Assembly: GCA_024274695.1 (NCBI GenBank)
Contig: JAJSAI010000028.1
Span: 1 to 41,625 of the forward strand
Reading direction: 5' to 3'
From: an archaeon
GTDB taxonomy: Archaea; B1Sed10-29; JAJSAI01
Length of the DNA: 41,625 bases
The notes under the pieces: generated by a model
Told to the model about the DNA's origin: nothing
Databases searched by the model: none
Seen by the model: the letters and a program-made list of their open reading frames with translations, nothing else
In this document: positions 18,072-26,921 of the stretch, one piece after another
How the letters are laid out: each line of letters starts with the position of its first letter
Position numbering within the stretch: the first letter of the stretch is position 1
Translations under genes and position numbers: made by a program

Positions 18072-18761
18072 TCACACTCTTATGCAGTATGACTTCCGCG
18101 TAACATGTCTTCCTCTAGGGTTGTACCTTATCATCTTCGCCTCTGACGCGGTGTACCTCAAGCCCTTCTCGGAATGCAGGTAGTTAAGCACTCTGAGGGC
18201 TATCGGCTTGTAACCGTAGTAGACGTTAATCCCCTCTTTAACTTCCTTGGTGTAGACAAGTTCTGCCTCAGGATGGTACCGTGATAATATTTCCGTGTAC
18301 CCGAGCATCTCTTCCAGGACCTCTTTTATCTCTTCAGGGTCGCCTCTCAGCTGGACCTCAACCTCATAGTACTGAGTCCCTTTTTTTGAGCACACCCAGC
18401 ACGTCCTGTCCTTGTACTCTATCTTGACCCTGCCGGACACACTGACATCAAAGAACCCTTCAGGATCAAGAGAGCCTGTCACTGTAACGTTCACCGCACG
18501 GTTGTCCTCCCACTCGAAAGAGTAAGAAGGACTGAAAAGGTCTGTTTCCACCTTCTTTTTTATCATTTTCTCTATAACGCTCCTGCTGCCGGGAACTAGC
18601 TTGTTGGCCACGTAGATGGACTTGCACGCCGGACACCTGGTTACCACTATCTTTTTAGGGATCCTGACGACCTCATGAGTTTCCAGGTAACATTCCTTGC
18701 AGAATCCCTTGTACATGTCCTTGTCCGTACTCCCGCACTTGGGACAGAACCTCCTGGCCAT
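18072..18761 (-). CDS. NMD3-family ribosome biogenesis protein
   Basis: Four CxxC pairs (CPKC, CKEC, CPAC, CWVC) and YYEVEVQLR. Start trimmed to MARRF. Confidence 0.8.
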   Translation of the reverse strand: MARRFCPKCGSTDKDMYKGFCKECYLETHEVVRIPKKIVVTRCPACKSIYVANKLVPGSRSVIEKMIKKKVETDLFSPSYSFEWEDNRAVNVTVTGSLDPEGFFDVSVSGRVKIEYKDRTCWVCSKKGTQYYEVEVQLRGDPEEIKEVLEEMLGYTEILSRYHPEAELVYTKEVKEGINVYYGYKPIALRVLNYLHSEKGLRYTASEAKMIRYNPRGRHVTRKSYCIRV

Positions 18762-18846
18762 CACCATAACTCCGCAGCCCACTCTTTTAAAATTTACCAG
18801 ACAAAACACAGAAAGGTTTATCTTCGCAAAAATGCCAATACCTAGC

Positions 18847-19356
18847 ATGAGATGGTGGAATTTCCTGCAAAGGAAAAAGAAAAGCAGAATGGCGCTCGCC
18901 AGGGGAGAAAAGCTACTGCTAAAAGAAAGGTACCTTGGCGAAGCAGAGCTCTTAGACAACGCCAAAGCACTTCACCACGAGATCAAGTTCGTTGACCCAA
19001 TAACCAAAGAGGACAGGTCAAGGCTGGAGTACAGGGTTTACAAAACAATCTCGGGGCTCAAAAGAGGGGAAGTACTGAACCTGAGGACTGAAGAAAAATT
19101 TGAAAAGCAGGGGCTTGCGAGCAAGCTACTGGACACGGCCATAAGAAAGATGGAAGAGGAAGGAGTTAATTTTGTAGTCCTCTCCCTTTCTCCGGAAAGG
19201 AGATCGTTAAAACACGCTGAGAAACTGTACCGCAAGAAAGGGTTCGTGCCAGTATCAGAACTACCCAAAGAAACAGCAATCAAACTCCTCGGAAAAGAAG
19301 AGTACGAAGCGGTAATGAAGCATCTTCCGGACAGGGTGCTTGTCAAGATACTGTAG
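18847..19356 (+). CDS. GNAT-family N-acetyltransferase, paralog 1
   Basis: TEEKFEKQGLASKLL (motif A) and AEKLYRKKGF (motif B). Confidence 0.8.
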   Translation: MRWWNFLQRKKKSRMALARGEKLLLKERYLGEAELLDNAKALHHEIKFVDPITKEDRSRLEYRVYKTISGLKRGEVLNLRTEEKFEKQGLASKLLDTAIRKMEEEGVNFVVLSLSPERRSLKHAEKLYRKKGFVPVSELPKETAIKLLGKEEYEAVMKHLPDRVLVKIL

Positions 19357-19358
19357 TG

Positions 19359-20654
19359 TCATAGGTACTTGTCAATGTTCACTACGTCGCCTACATCCGG
19401 GAGGATCGCGTAGGCGTTGGTATTGTCCTCCACCCACTGCTTCAGCACGGGTGCTTTGTCAGGATCCCCGTGGACTATTATCACCAGCTTGGGGTCAACT
19501 GTTTTTATCATCTCGTGCAGGTCAGGCTGGTCAGCGTGCGCTGAGAAATCAAAGTACTTCACGTTAAGGTCAGAACAGTTTATGTTAATGTTCTCCACGG
19601 AAAACCTTTTTTCCTCCAGGAGCACCCTCCCAGGAGTTCCTGGGACCTGGTACCCTGTGAGGAACACGGCGGGGTTCACTGACTTTTTCAGCATGTTAAC
19701 CATGTATGAAACAACATGCCCTCCCTGCATCATTCCAGCAGGGGACACCACAATACTAGGCTCTTTGAACACCTTCCGCCTAGTGCTAGGATGTGACACC
19801 CATTCAGCGTCCATCAGGGCCTTCTGCAACGCGTCAGGATCCCTGACGTACTCTGGGTACGAGATCATGATGTCCGCAATGGCCTTCGCCATACCATCAA
19901 GGTACACTGGGTATGGCACGTTGTAGGAGTTTAGGATCATGAGGATCTCCTGCGCCCGGCCAAGCGCGAACGCAGGCACGAGCACGTTCCCGCCAGAGTC
20001 TAGGACGTCCAGGCAGGACTGAACGAACTCCTTCTCCAACTCCCTCCTGTCAGGATGCACTCTGTCCGCGTACGTTGACTCGATTATCAGAACATCCACC
20101 TCTCCCGGCTTGAAGTCAGAAAAGGCAGGATCATGCAGCCTGGTCTGATGAAGGTTAAAGTCTCCAGTGTACAGTATTTTTCTTCCCTTGAAGTCGAGCT
20201 CAGGCATCACGGACCCTATCACGTGCCCAGCGTCATGAGGTTTTACCATCACCCCTTCCGTGACCTGCTTTTCCTTCTCGTACTTTAGTTGTCCTATTCT
20301 CCTCATCATCCTCCTGAGCTCGTTCTCTCCAAAAGGCAGGTACTTGTCGCTCAGGTCAGCTATTTTGAGAGAGTCCCTGATGAGCAGTTCCACGAGGGGG
20401 ATTGAAGGAGGAGTCATGAACGTCTTCGGTTCTGAGTCCCGGTACAGGAGGGGAATCCCTCCGGAGTGATCCAAGTGAGCGTGGGATAGTATGACCGCGT
20501 CAACATAGCCCTTGAAAGGAATTGGGAAGGCTTTCGGGATCTCCTCTTCCTCTATGTTCACACCGTAGTCCAAAAGAACCCTGGCGTTACCCTCCTCCAA
20601 AAGGAATGCTGAACGCCCGACCTCCTTGGCTCCGCCTAGAAAAGTAATGTTCAC
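19359..20654 (-). CDS. MBL-fold beta-CASP ribonuclease (aCPSF2-like, no KH domains)
   Basis: LGGAKEVGRS, SHAHLDHSG, AGH, YTGDF, ESTY, FSAHAD, VHG. GTG start follows a GAGGTG SD. Confidence 0.9.
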   Translation of the reverse strand: MNITFLGGAKEVGRSAFLLEEGNARVLLDYGVNIEEEEIPKAFPIPFKGYVDAVILSHAHLDHSGGIPLLYRDSEPKTFMTPPSIPLVELLIRDSLKIADLSDKYLPFGENELRRMMRRIGQLKYEKEKQVTEGVMVKPHDAGHVIGSVMPELDFKGRKILYTGDFNLHQTRLHDPAFSDFKPGEVDVLIIESTYADRVHPDRRELEKEFVQSCLDVLDSGGNVLVPAFALGRAQEILMILNSYNVPYPVYLDGMAKAIADIMISYPEYVRDPDALQKALMDAEWVSHPSTRRKVFKEPSIVVSPAGMMQGGHVVSYMVNMLKKSVNPAVFLTGYQVPGTPGRVLLEEKRFSVENININCSDLNVKYFDFSAHADQPDLHEMIKTVDPKLVIIVHGDPDKAPVLKQWVEDNTNAYAILPDVGDVVNIDKYL

Positions 20655-20720
20655 ATGAGACACCTCTCGGAGTTTTAAGGCAACAAAGGTATAAAAACCA
20701 TTAGCGAGTTTTCTTTGAAG

Positions 20721-21344
20721 ATGATGGACTTGTACACTGCCCTGTGCAAGGCAGAACAAGCAGGGATAAAGACCCCCGCCTGCGCTTTCGCAAGCAGCCT
20801 GCCGGAGCTCCTGGAAAAGGCGGGAAGACTCAGGTACCCCCTGGTGGCCAAGCTCGTGTCAAGAAAACCGGTGCACAAGACGGATGTTGGAGGAATTGTT
20901 CTGGGGATCAGGAGCTCGGAAGAGCTCGTCAAGGCTTACGAGAAGATAAGGAGGGCGGGGAAAAAGGATTTTCTGGGAGTGCTCGTGCAAGAGCAGGTCA
21001 AAGGAACCGAGGTAATAATAGGAGGCAAGACAGACCCCCAGTTCGGCCCAGTGCTCTTGTTTGGGCTCGGGGGCGTGTTCACGGAAATATTCCAGGACTA
21101 TGCCCTGAGGATCCTTCCCGTGAACAAGCGCAAGGCCATGGAAATGATCAAGGAGATCAGAGCATATCCCGTGCTCAAGGGATACAGGGGAAGGCAGGGA
21201 GTAAACCTGAGGGAACTGGCCGACACGATCGTGAAGGCAAGCGCCCTGTTCAACGACCCGCGCGTGCGCGAGTTCGACCTGAACCCGGTCATGTGCACTG
21301 AAAAGGACTGCATCGCCGTGGACGCTAGGATAATAACCCTGTAA
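20721..21344 (+). CDS. acdB: Acetate--CoA ligase (ADP-forming) beta subunit
   Basis: YPLVAK, HKTDVGG, DPQFGP..LFGLGG.FTE, EFDLNP, AVDAR. Confidence 0.9.
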   Translation: MMDLYTALCKAEQAGIKTPACAFASSLPELLEKAGRLRYPLVAKLVSRKPVHKTDVGGIVLGIRSSEELVKAYEKIRRAGKKDFLGVLVQEQVKGTEVIIGGKTDPQFGPVLLFGLGGVFTEIFQDYALRILPVNKRKAMEMIKEIRAYPVLKGYRGRQGVNLRELADTIVKASALFNDPRVREFDLNPVMCTEKDCIAVDARIITL

Positions 21345-21402
21345 AAACACGGCAGTCAACGTGGAGAACTATTTATATTACCCTCGTTTACTCTTTTCTT
21401 GA

Positions 21403-21564
21403 ATGAGGGAGGATAAAAGACTCGAAAAAATCCTCAGGTACATGGAAACCCTTCCGCTCAAGGAAAGGGAGGCACTAGCGAACATGCCCTTGGAAGAACT
21501 TCTTGAGAAAATGGAAACCGAGAAAATAATCCCCCTCAAAAGACAAAACTTCTACTTCTCGTGA
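21403..21564 (+). CDS. Small hypothetical protein (53 aa)
   Basis: MREDKRLEKILRYMETLPLKERE...NFYFS. Has its own TTTATAT box about 25 nt upstream and fills the gap between genes. Confidence 0.6.
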   Translation: MREDKRLEKILRYMETLPLKEREALANMPLEELLEKMETEKIIPLKRQNFYFS

Positions 21565-21567
21565 CGG

Positions 21568-22359
21568 TCACGCGCCGTGCCCAGAGTACCTCCTGAGCCC
21601 CCTTGAGAGCATGAAGCGCGTGAGAGTGTACAATGCCCCGGCCCAGGCCATGCCCACCACGAAGAGGATCAGAGCCTGCTGGAATCCTATCCCTCCCAAC
21701 AGCGCCCTTGCGGGCAGGCCTGCCATAAACTCGAAAGGCAGCAGGCCTGACACGCTCTTGAACCACTCAGGGAAAAAGGACAATGGAATCAACGCTCCAG
21801 AGAACAGCCTGATTATGAAACTGAACGCGCCCATGCATCCTCTTATGCGCCCTGTCCAGAACGCAGTCTCCCACAAGAGAGAGTAAACGAAAAACGAGAC
21901 AAAGAACGCGGGCAACAGCAAGAGCGCGAACGAAACCAGGTCCAGAGGACCGCGTCCTCCGAAGACGATTACCGTGAACAGGAGCGTCGGCAGAAAAATC
22001 ACTCCTTTAACAACCGCTCTGGACAGCGTGACGTGAAGAGCCTGCTCCTGCAGGCCCATTGGACGGACCAGATCACTGTTTATGCGCCCCCTCACTATGC
22101 TCCTGGCCATGCTGCCAGCAAAACCTCTTCCAGGAACAATGCTTCCTACAAAAAATATCGTCCCGTAGTACACGAGCAGCTGATCCAGTTCCATCGGCAG
22201 CCCGCCTGACGCGGCGTAAACGTGAGACCAGAGGAAGTAGTACGTCGTCATGTAAACCGGGAACGTGAGCAGGTTGAACAAGGCACCGAGCGCGTACGCT
22301 CGCAAAAACTCTTTCTCTAGTCTTATCCTCGCGGCAAGCTTACGAACCGTACGCTTCAT
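21568..22359 (-). CDS. ABC-2 type permease (DUF990-like)
   Basis: Six TM segments, G.INSDLVRP, FSGALIPLSFFPEW, LLPF. Confidence 0.85.
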   Translation of the reverse strand: MKRTVRKLAARIRLEKEFLRAYALGALFNLLTFPVYMTTYYFLWSHVYAASGGLPMELDQLLVYYGTIFFVGSIVPGRGFAGSMARSIVRGRINSDLVRPMGLQEQALHVTLSRAVVKGVIFLPTLLFTVIVFGGRGPLDLVSFALLLLPAFFVSFFVYSLLWETAFWTGRIRGCMGAFSFIIRLFSGALIPLSFFPEWFKSVSGLLPFEFMAGLPARALLGGIGFQQALILFVVGMAWAGALYTLTRFMLSRGLRRYSGHGA

Positions 22360-23143
22360 ACCTCTTCAGCCCCGCCTTCCACAAGAGCCAAGCACTCAAA
22401 AGCCAAACGGTCCAGACCAGCAGAGAGAGAGCGATCAGGCCCAGAACCCCTTCGGGAGGAAACTCCTTCAAGGAGGACAGCGCAGGCCCTGTCGTGAAAA
22501 ACACCACCGGCAGGAACATTACCAGAACAAACTTCACGCTCGCGGGAAAGATCGTGACAGGATACTCTGAAACAGTGAAGTACGCGTTGTAGAACAGGTT
22601 CAACGCGTTAGTCCTGCCGAACCAGAAGCTCAAGGACTGTATCAAGAACACTATCGTGGACGCAATGGTAACGCCCAAGAACACCATCAATACTCCCGCC
22701 AACAGGCCAGGCAGGGAAATGTCAGCGCCCAACCAACCCGCCACAAGAAAGTACGCCACGACCCCGGACAGGTTCTTCAAAGCGCCCAACACATCAATGT
22801 TCGTGACCAGCAGGTAGATCACCGGATTCACAGGCTTTGACAGCACCGTGTTAAGCTCTCCGGACACTATTATCTCGTCCAGCTCCTCCGGAAAGATGTA
22901 TAAGAGGTTCCAGAAGAGGAAACCGAGGTTCATGAACGCCTGCAACAGGATCACTTCACCAAGAGTCCACCCCGCAATGACCCTGGCATGAGAGAAGATC
23001 ACCTGCCAAAAGAACAGGTTGACCAACAGGTAAGACGGCACGGTGATCAAGAGCACGGCAAAGTCTGCAGAGTACTCTCTCATTTCAGCGAGCCTCACCC
23101 GAGCCATATCCCACAACAGCCTCAGGTAATACCCTGCCCTCAT
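22340..23143 (-). CDS. ABC-2 type permease (DUF990-like)
   Basis: IAGWT, GELNTVLSKPVNP, YPVTIFP, LKRYEAYG. Confidence 0.85.
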   Translation of the reverse strand: MRAGYYLRLLWDMARVRLAEMREYSADFAVLLITVPSYLLVNLFFWQVIFSHARVIAGWTLGEVILLQAFMNLGFLFWNLLYIFPEELDEIIVSGELNTVLSKPVNPVIYLLVTNIDVLGALKNLSGVVAYFLVAGWLGADISLPGLLAGVLMVFLGVTIASTIVFLIQSLSFWFGRTNALNLFYNAYFTVSEYPVTIFPASVKFVLVMFLPVVFFTTGPALSSLKEFPPEGVLGLIALSLLVWTVWLLSAWLLWKAGLKRYEAYGS

Positions 23144-24120
23144 TTTTTCTCCCCGTAAACCTTGACGAGAAGCCTGTCCAGCCCAGGTTCTTTCACGTCA
23201 AGGTCTATAACGTTCACAGCCTTCAACAGCGCTGCAACAGCCTTAGGAAGCCTGCCGTCGGTTTTCAGCTCAAGCTCCACCCAGTTCTTCCCCCTGCCGA
23301 CCAGCCTGCCCATCCTCACGACGGACTCCAGCCTGGCCTTGTCCTTAACGCGATCGTACTCGACGTACAGTATCTTGTACCCTAAGTAATTCTTCTTCAG
23401 CCTGGAAATGCTCCCGTGGAATATTTTCTTGCCCTTGTCAAGCAGCAGGACCTTGGTGCACAGAGCCTCCACGTCCAGCACGTCGTGCGTGGTCAGCATC
23501 ACTGTGAGCTTGTGCTTCTTGTTAAAGTCCCGGATGAAGTCCCTTACAGCCTCCTTGGAGACCGCGTCAAGCCCTATCGTGGGCTCGTCAAGAAACACTA
23601 TCTCAGGATAGTGCAACAGCGCGGCCACCAGGTTGCACTTCATTCTCTCTCCCAGGCTCATCTTTCGGACAGGCTTTTCCGCAAGCTTTTTAACCCCAAG
23701 AATAGAGTCAAAGTACTCCAGCCTTTCGCTGAAATCATCCTGCGAAACCTCGTAAACGTCACGGTAGAACTTGAACGCTTCCATTGCCGGAATGTCCCAG
23801 AAGAGAAGGGACTGCATACCGAAAACCACTCCTATCCGCTTCAGGTACTCTCTTTTCCTTTCCCAGGGCACGAACCCCAGCACCCTGGCGCTGCCGCTAG
23901 TGGGAGTCATGATCCCCGTAAGCATTTTTATGGTCGTGGTCTTCCCGGAACCGTTCTCCCCAAGGTATCCGAGGATCTCCCCCCTCCTCACCTTGAAAGA
24001 AACGTGGTCCACTGCCACGATCTCCTTCTTCCTGCCGAACAGCCTGCGCAGTCCAGATCCCTTCTCGCGTGCAGTAAAAACCTTCGTGAGCCCATTAACC
24101 ACCATCACGTCCTCTGCCAA
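23140..24120 (-). CDS. ABC transporter ATP-binding protein
   Basis: GENGSGKTT, MSLGERMK signature, FLDEPTIGLD, TTH. The TTG start was chosen by SD spacing (alternative 24126). Confidence 0.92.
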   Translation of the reverse strand: MAEDVMVVNGLTKVFTAREKGSGLRRLFGRKKEIVAVDHVSFKVRRGEILGYLGENGSGKTTTIKMLTGIMTPTSGSARVLGFVPWERKREYLKRIGVVFGMQSLLFWDIPAMEAFKFYRDVYEVSQDDFSERLEYFDSILGVKKLAEKPVRKMSLGERMKCNLVAALLHYPEIVFLDEPTIGLDAVSKEAVRDFIRDFNKKHKLTVMLTTHDVLDVEALCTKVLLLDKGKKIFHGSISRLKKNYLGYKILYVEYDRVKDKARLESVVRMGRLVGRGKNWVELELKTDGRLPKAVAALLKAVNVIDLDVKEPGLDRLLVKVYGEKK

Positions 24121-24324
24121 CTGCAAGACCTCCCTTCAGTCATCCAAGGGTTCCAGAACTTTAAAGAAAACGGTTTAAACCAGCACGTTTTTCCAGAACT
24201 CAGCAGAGCGCGAAGACCATCCTGTTCACCCAACAGGGAGTAAACCGCAGTCAGAGAATAAAAAGATTGCGGAAGACCAAAAGGGTATAAACACCCTCAT
24301 CCTTAAGATATAGGGGGCGGGAGA

Positions 24325-24846
24325 ATGCGCTTCAGGATCCGCGACTTTCTTCAAAAGAAGAAAAAAGGGAAGATGACGATCGCGAAAGGAGAAAAAGTGA
24401 TAATGAGGGAAGAGCCCGGCGGGGCGTTCAGAATAAGAGAAGACAGGCTGGAAAAAGAGAGGTACGGGGCGATCACGTTCATTGATCCTGTGACAGGTAA
24501 AGAGTACTCACGGGTAGCGTACAGGATAGACGAGAAAAAATCCGGGCCAAAGCCAGGATATATCTCGTGGGTTTACACCGAAGAAAAGTTCAGGGGAGAA
24601 AAACTCGCGAGCCTTCTTCTGGACAAAGTCCTCTCTAAACTAGAAGAGGAAGGCGCGCACTACGTGATGCTCAGGTTCTCGCCGCTGGAAGGATCCAAGG
24701 AAACCGCTGAGAGATTGTACCGCAAGAAGGGATTCGTGCCAGTATCAGAACTACCCAAAGAAACAGCAATCAAACTCCTCGGAAAAGAAGAGTATGAAAA
24801 AATCATGAAAATCAAGCCCGACGAAGTGTTCGTGAAAGTGCTGTAA
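24325..24846 (+). CDS. GNAT-family N-acetyltransferase, paralog 2
   Basis: VYTEEKFRGEKLASLLL and AERLYRKKGF. Clearly homologous to 18847-19356. Confidence 0.8.
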   Translation: MRFRIRDFLQKKKKGKMTIAKGEKVIMREEPGGAFRIREDRLEKERYGAITFIDPVTGKEYSRVAYRIDEKKSGPKPGYISWVYTEEKFRGEKLASLLLDKVLSKLEEEGAHYVMLRFSPLEGSKETAERLYRKKGFVPVSELPKETAIKLLGKEEYEKIMKIKPDEVFVKVL

Positions 24847-24895
24847 ACGGCTTTTAAACCTTCTCGGAAACGGAGAGAAGGTTTTTAAATAAACC

Positions 24896-25429
24896 TCAGA
24901 AAGATCCTCGCGTGCGCGGGTACTGCCCCCTGACCCCTCTCCTGATCCTTTTCTCGTCCCAGTCCCGCGGGATGATTCCCTGCTCCTTGCACCAGCGCAC
25001 GTGAGACCGCGCGTAGGAGGGCGGCCTTCCCAGCCTCCTTTTCTCGTACTCGTACCTCCTGCCCCCTGGCAGGGAGTCAAGCAGTGTCTCCCAGTTGGTC
25101 TTCCACCGGGGATGGTACCCTAGCGACAGAATCGCGTTTTTCACCGCAGAACGATCCCGCTTGTTGCAGTATACGATTAGCGCGCTGTACTTCCGGCCAA
25201 AGGCTGAAAGGTTAACCGAGTACTTCAAGGACAGGATCCTGCCCTGTTCCACCAGCGGTTTCAGGAGCTCTGCCAACCGGGCCATGTTCTCGGGCTTGCC
25301 TCTCACGATCCACTTTCCCCTCTCCAGGAAGGGCGCTGCAGGCTTTCCCGGCCCAGCCATCCTAACAAAGAACTTGTCCCTGGTCACGCGGATCACAAGC
25401 TCGCCTCCACCACCAGCCCGTGGTCGCAC
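24896..25429 (-). CDS. Hypothetical protein, Bles03/DUF1917 (phosphothreonine-lyase-like) pattern
   Basis: GKW ... G.I..LKYS ... LIVYC ... LG ... WKTN..T motif order, recalled for this family and not verified by HMM. Confidence 0.5.
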   Translation of the reverse strand: MRPRAGGGGELVIRVTRDKFFVRMAGPGKPAAPFLERGKWIVRGKPENMARLAELLKPLVEQGRILSLKYSVNLSAFGRKYSALIVYCNKRDRSAVKNAILSLGYHPRWKTNWETLLDSLPGGRRYEYEKRRLGRPPSYARSHVRWCKEQGIIPRDWDEKRIRRGVRGQYPRTRGSF

Positions 25430-25568
25430 GGGAAAAGTTTATAGTCCCGGGCGTATTTAAAGGAGTTCAGGGAATGGGCGCGGGCGGGGAGATGTTCATC
25501 CGCGCGAGCTGGACCCTGTGGGCAGGGTACCTGGAGTACGTGGCCGCGGCGGTCCTAAGCGCCTTCCT

Positions 25569-25632
25569 TGCATTTAGTAAAAGCTTATTTACTAAATGCA
25601 CACATTTGGTAAAATGAAGTTTACTAAATGCA
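25569..25632. repeat. Two tandem 32-bp palindromic units (13-6-13)
   Basis: TGCATTTAGTAAA-AGCTTA-TTTACTAAATGCA (25569-25600, perfect inverted repeat), then CACATTTGGTAAA-ATGAAG-TTTACTAAATGCA (25601-25632). Confidence 0.92.
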
Positions 25633-25668
25633 AAGGTTTTTAAATGAGTTCGGCCTACTTCTCCTGCG

Positions 25669-26859
25669 ATGGACAAGAGCGTGTTCTCCAGGATCGTGCT
25701 GGAGAGCGAGAAACTAAAGCAGAGGGCTTCGGAACTAGAGTTCAGAAGGTATTTGTACCCTGAAGTAAAACGCGTGCCAGAACAGTTCTTCGTAGGAATC
25801 TATGGGATGAGGGGAATCGGCAAGACCACCCTCTTACTACAATTGGCCAGCGAGAATCCTGACAGCCTGTACTTTTCAGCGGACTGGTTGCACGTGAGAA
25901 TGACGGGAGTGTACGAGGTTGTAAAAGAAGGAGTAAGGCAGGGATTCAGGAACTTTTTCGTTGACGAGATACACTCCCAGCAGGACTGGACTTATCATTT
26001 GAAAACGCTTTACGATGAAGGAGAATGCAGAGTATTCTTTACGGGCTCTTCTGCCCTGAACCTTAGGCAGGGCGCGGACCTCTCAAGGAGAACGGTAATG
26101 TATCACATGAAGCCAGCTTCCTTCCGGGAGTTCCTGTGCCTCAAGCTGGGAAAACGCTTGCCCGCTGTTAGTCTGAAAAGTCTGCTAGACCACAAAAAGC
26201 GGAAGACACTGCTGAGCAAGCTGGCACCGTACTCAGAGCATTTGGAGGAGTATTTTGCCAGGGGAGGAGTACTGTACCAGGAACCAGGCGAGCTATTCTA
26301 TAAGATCATGCGCAACATGCTGGACCGGTGCATGACCCATGACCTGATGGCCCTCAGGGACGTTAACATTAACGTTGAACAGGACGCGCTCCAGATCCTG
26401 AAGCTCATCGCCTGGTCCAGCCCGCTGGAAGTGAACTACGCGAGGATAGCAGACAGTCTGGAGATCAGCAAGCCCACTGTCAAGAGCATGGTGTTCTTAT
26501 TGCAGAAAGCAGGGCTTGTGAGAGTAGTAGAGCCCTGCGCAAAAGGACATGCAGGAATAAGAAAAGAACCCAAGATACTGTTGAACATTCCCCTCAGACA
26601 CTTCTTGTGCCACGAGACCGGGAAAACTCCCCCGGTAGGAGGGCTTAGGGAAGACTTTTTCGTCCAGCACGCTGACCCAGAATGCTATCCTAAAACAGAG
26701 AGGGGGGCAAAAACCCCCGACTACGTTAAGGATGGGACAACATTCGAAATCGGCGGGGCCTCCAAAGCTAGGGTCCAGGGACAAAAAGTAACGGTGGTGG
26801 ACGAACTCTCGCTAGAGCCTGACACGATCCCATTGTTCCTAACAGGCTTTACCTATTAG
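25669..26859 (+). CDS. COG1373-type AAA+ ATPase with wHTH and nuclease-like C-terminus
   Basis: GMRGIGKT, FVDEIH, TGSS, DLSRR, SFREFL, HTH (YARIADSLEISKPTVKSMV..L.KAGL), PD.....FEIGG..K. Confidence 0.88.
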   Translation: MDKSVFSRIVLESEKLKQRASELEFRRYLYPEVKRVPEQFFVGIYGMRGIGKTTLLLQLASENPDSLYFSADWLHVRMTGVYEVVKEGVRQGFRNFFVDEIHSQQDWTYHLKTLYDEGECRVFFTGSSALNLRQGADLSRRTVMYHMKPASFREFLCLKLGKRLPAVSLKSLLDHKKRKTLLSKLAPYSEHLEEYFARGGVLYQEPGELFYKIMRNMLDRCMTHDLMALRDVNINVEQDALQILKLIAWSSPLEVNYARIADSLEISKPTVKSMVFLLQKAGLVRVVEPCAKGHAGIRKEPKILLNIPLRHFLCHETGKTPPVGGLREDFFVQHADPECYPKTERGAKTPDYVKDGTTFEIGGASKARVQGQKVTVVDELSLEPDTIPLFLTGFTY

Positions 26860-26921
26860 CATTCAGTAAAACAAGATTTACCAAATGCATGCATTTAGTA
26901 AAACAAGATTTACCAAATGCA
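26858..26921. repeat. Two tandem 32-bp palindromic units (13-6-13)
   Basis: AGCATTCAGTAAA-ACAAGA-TTTACCAAATGCA (26858-26889) and TGCATTTAGTAAA-ACAAGA-TTTACCAAATGCA (26890-26921). Same motif as 25569-25632. Confidence 0.92.

Noticed and set aside
23416-24243. Long antisense ORFs (also 4640-5299, 14862-15500, 15927-16709, 33642-34337, 37581-38273)
   Set aside because: Shadow frames of well-supported genes on the opposite strand, with no recognisable motifs.
24127-24324. About 200-bp intergenic region as a possible ncRNA or tRNA
   Set aside because: No cloverleaf or convincing stems. It holds divergent TATA-like boxes and only a short TTCCAGAACT duplication.
19243-24794. GNAT shared tract as a DGR template/variable repeat pair
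   Set aside because: The core is fully identical, flanking mismatches include C/T and go in both directions rather than being adenine-specific, and there is no reverse transcriptase in the window.
25569-26921. 32-bp palindromic repeats as a CRISPR array
   Set aside because: Units are directly adjacent with no unique spacers, there are only two per site, and no cas genes are in the window.
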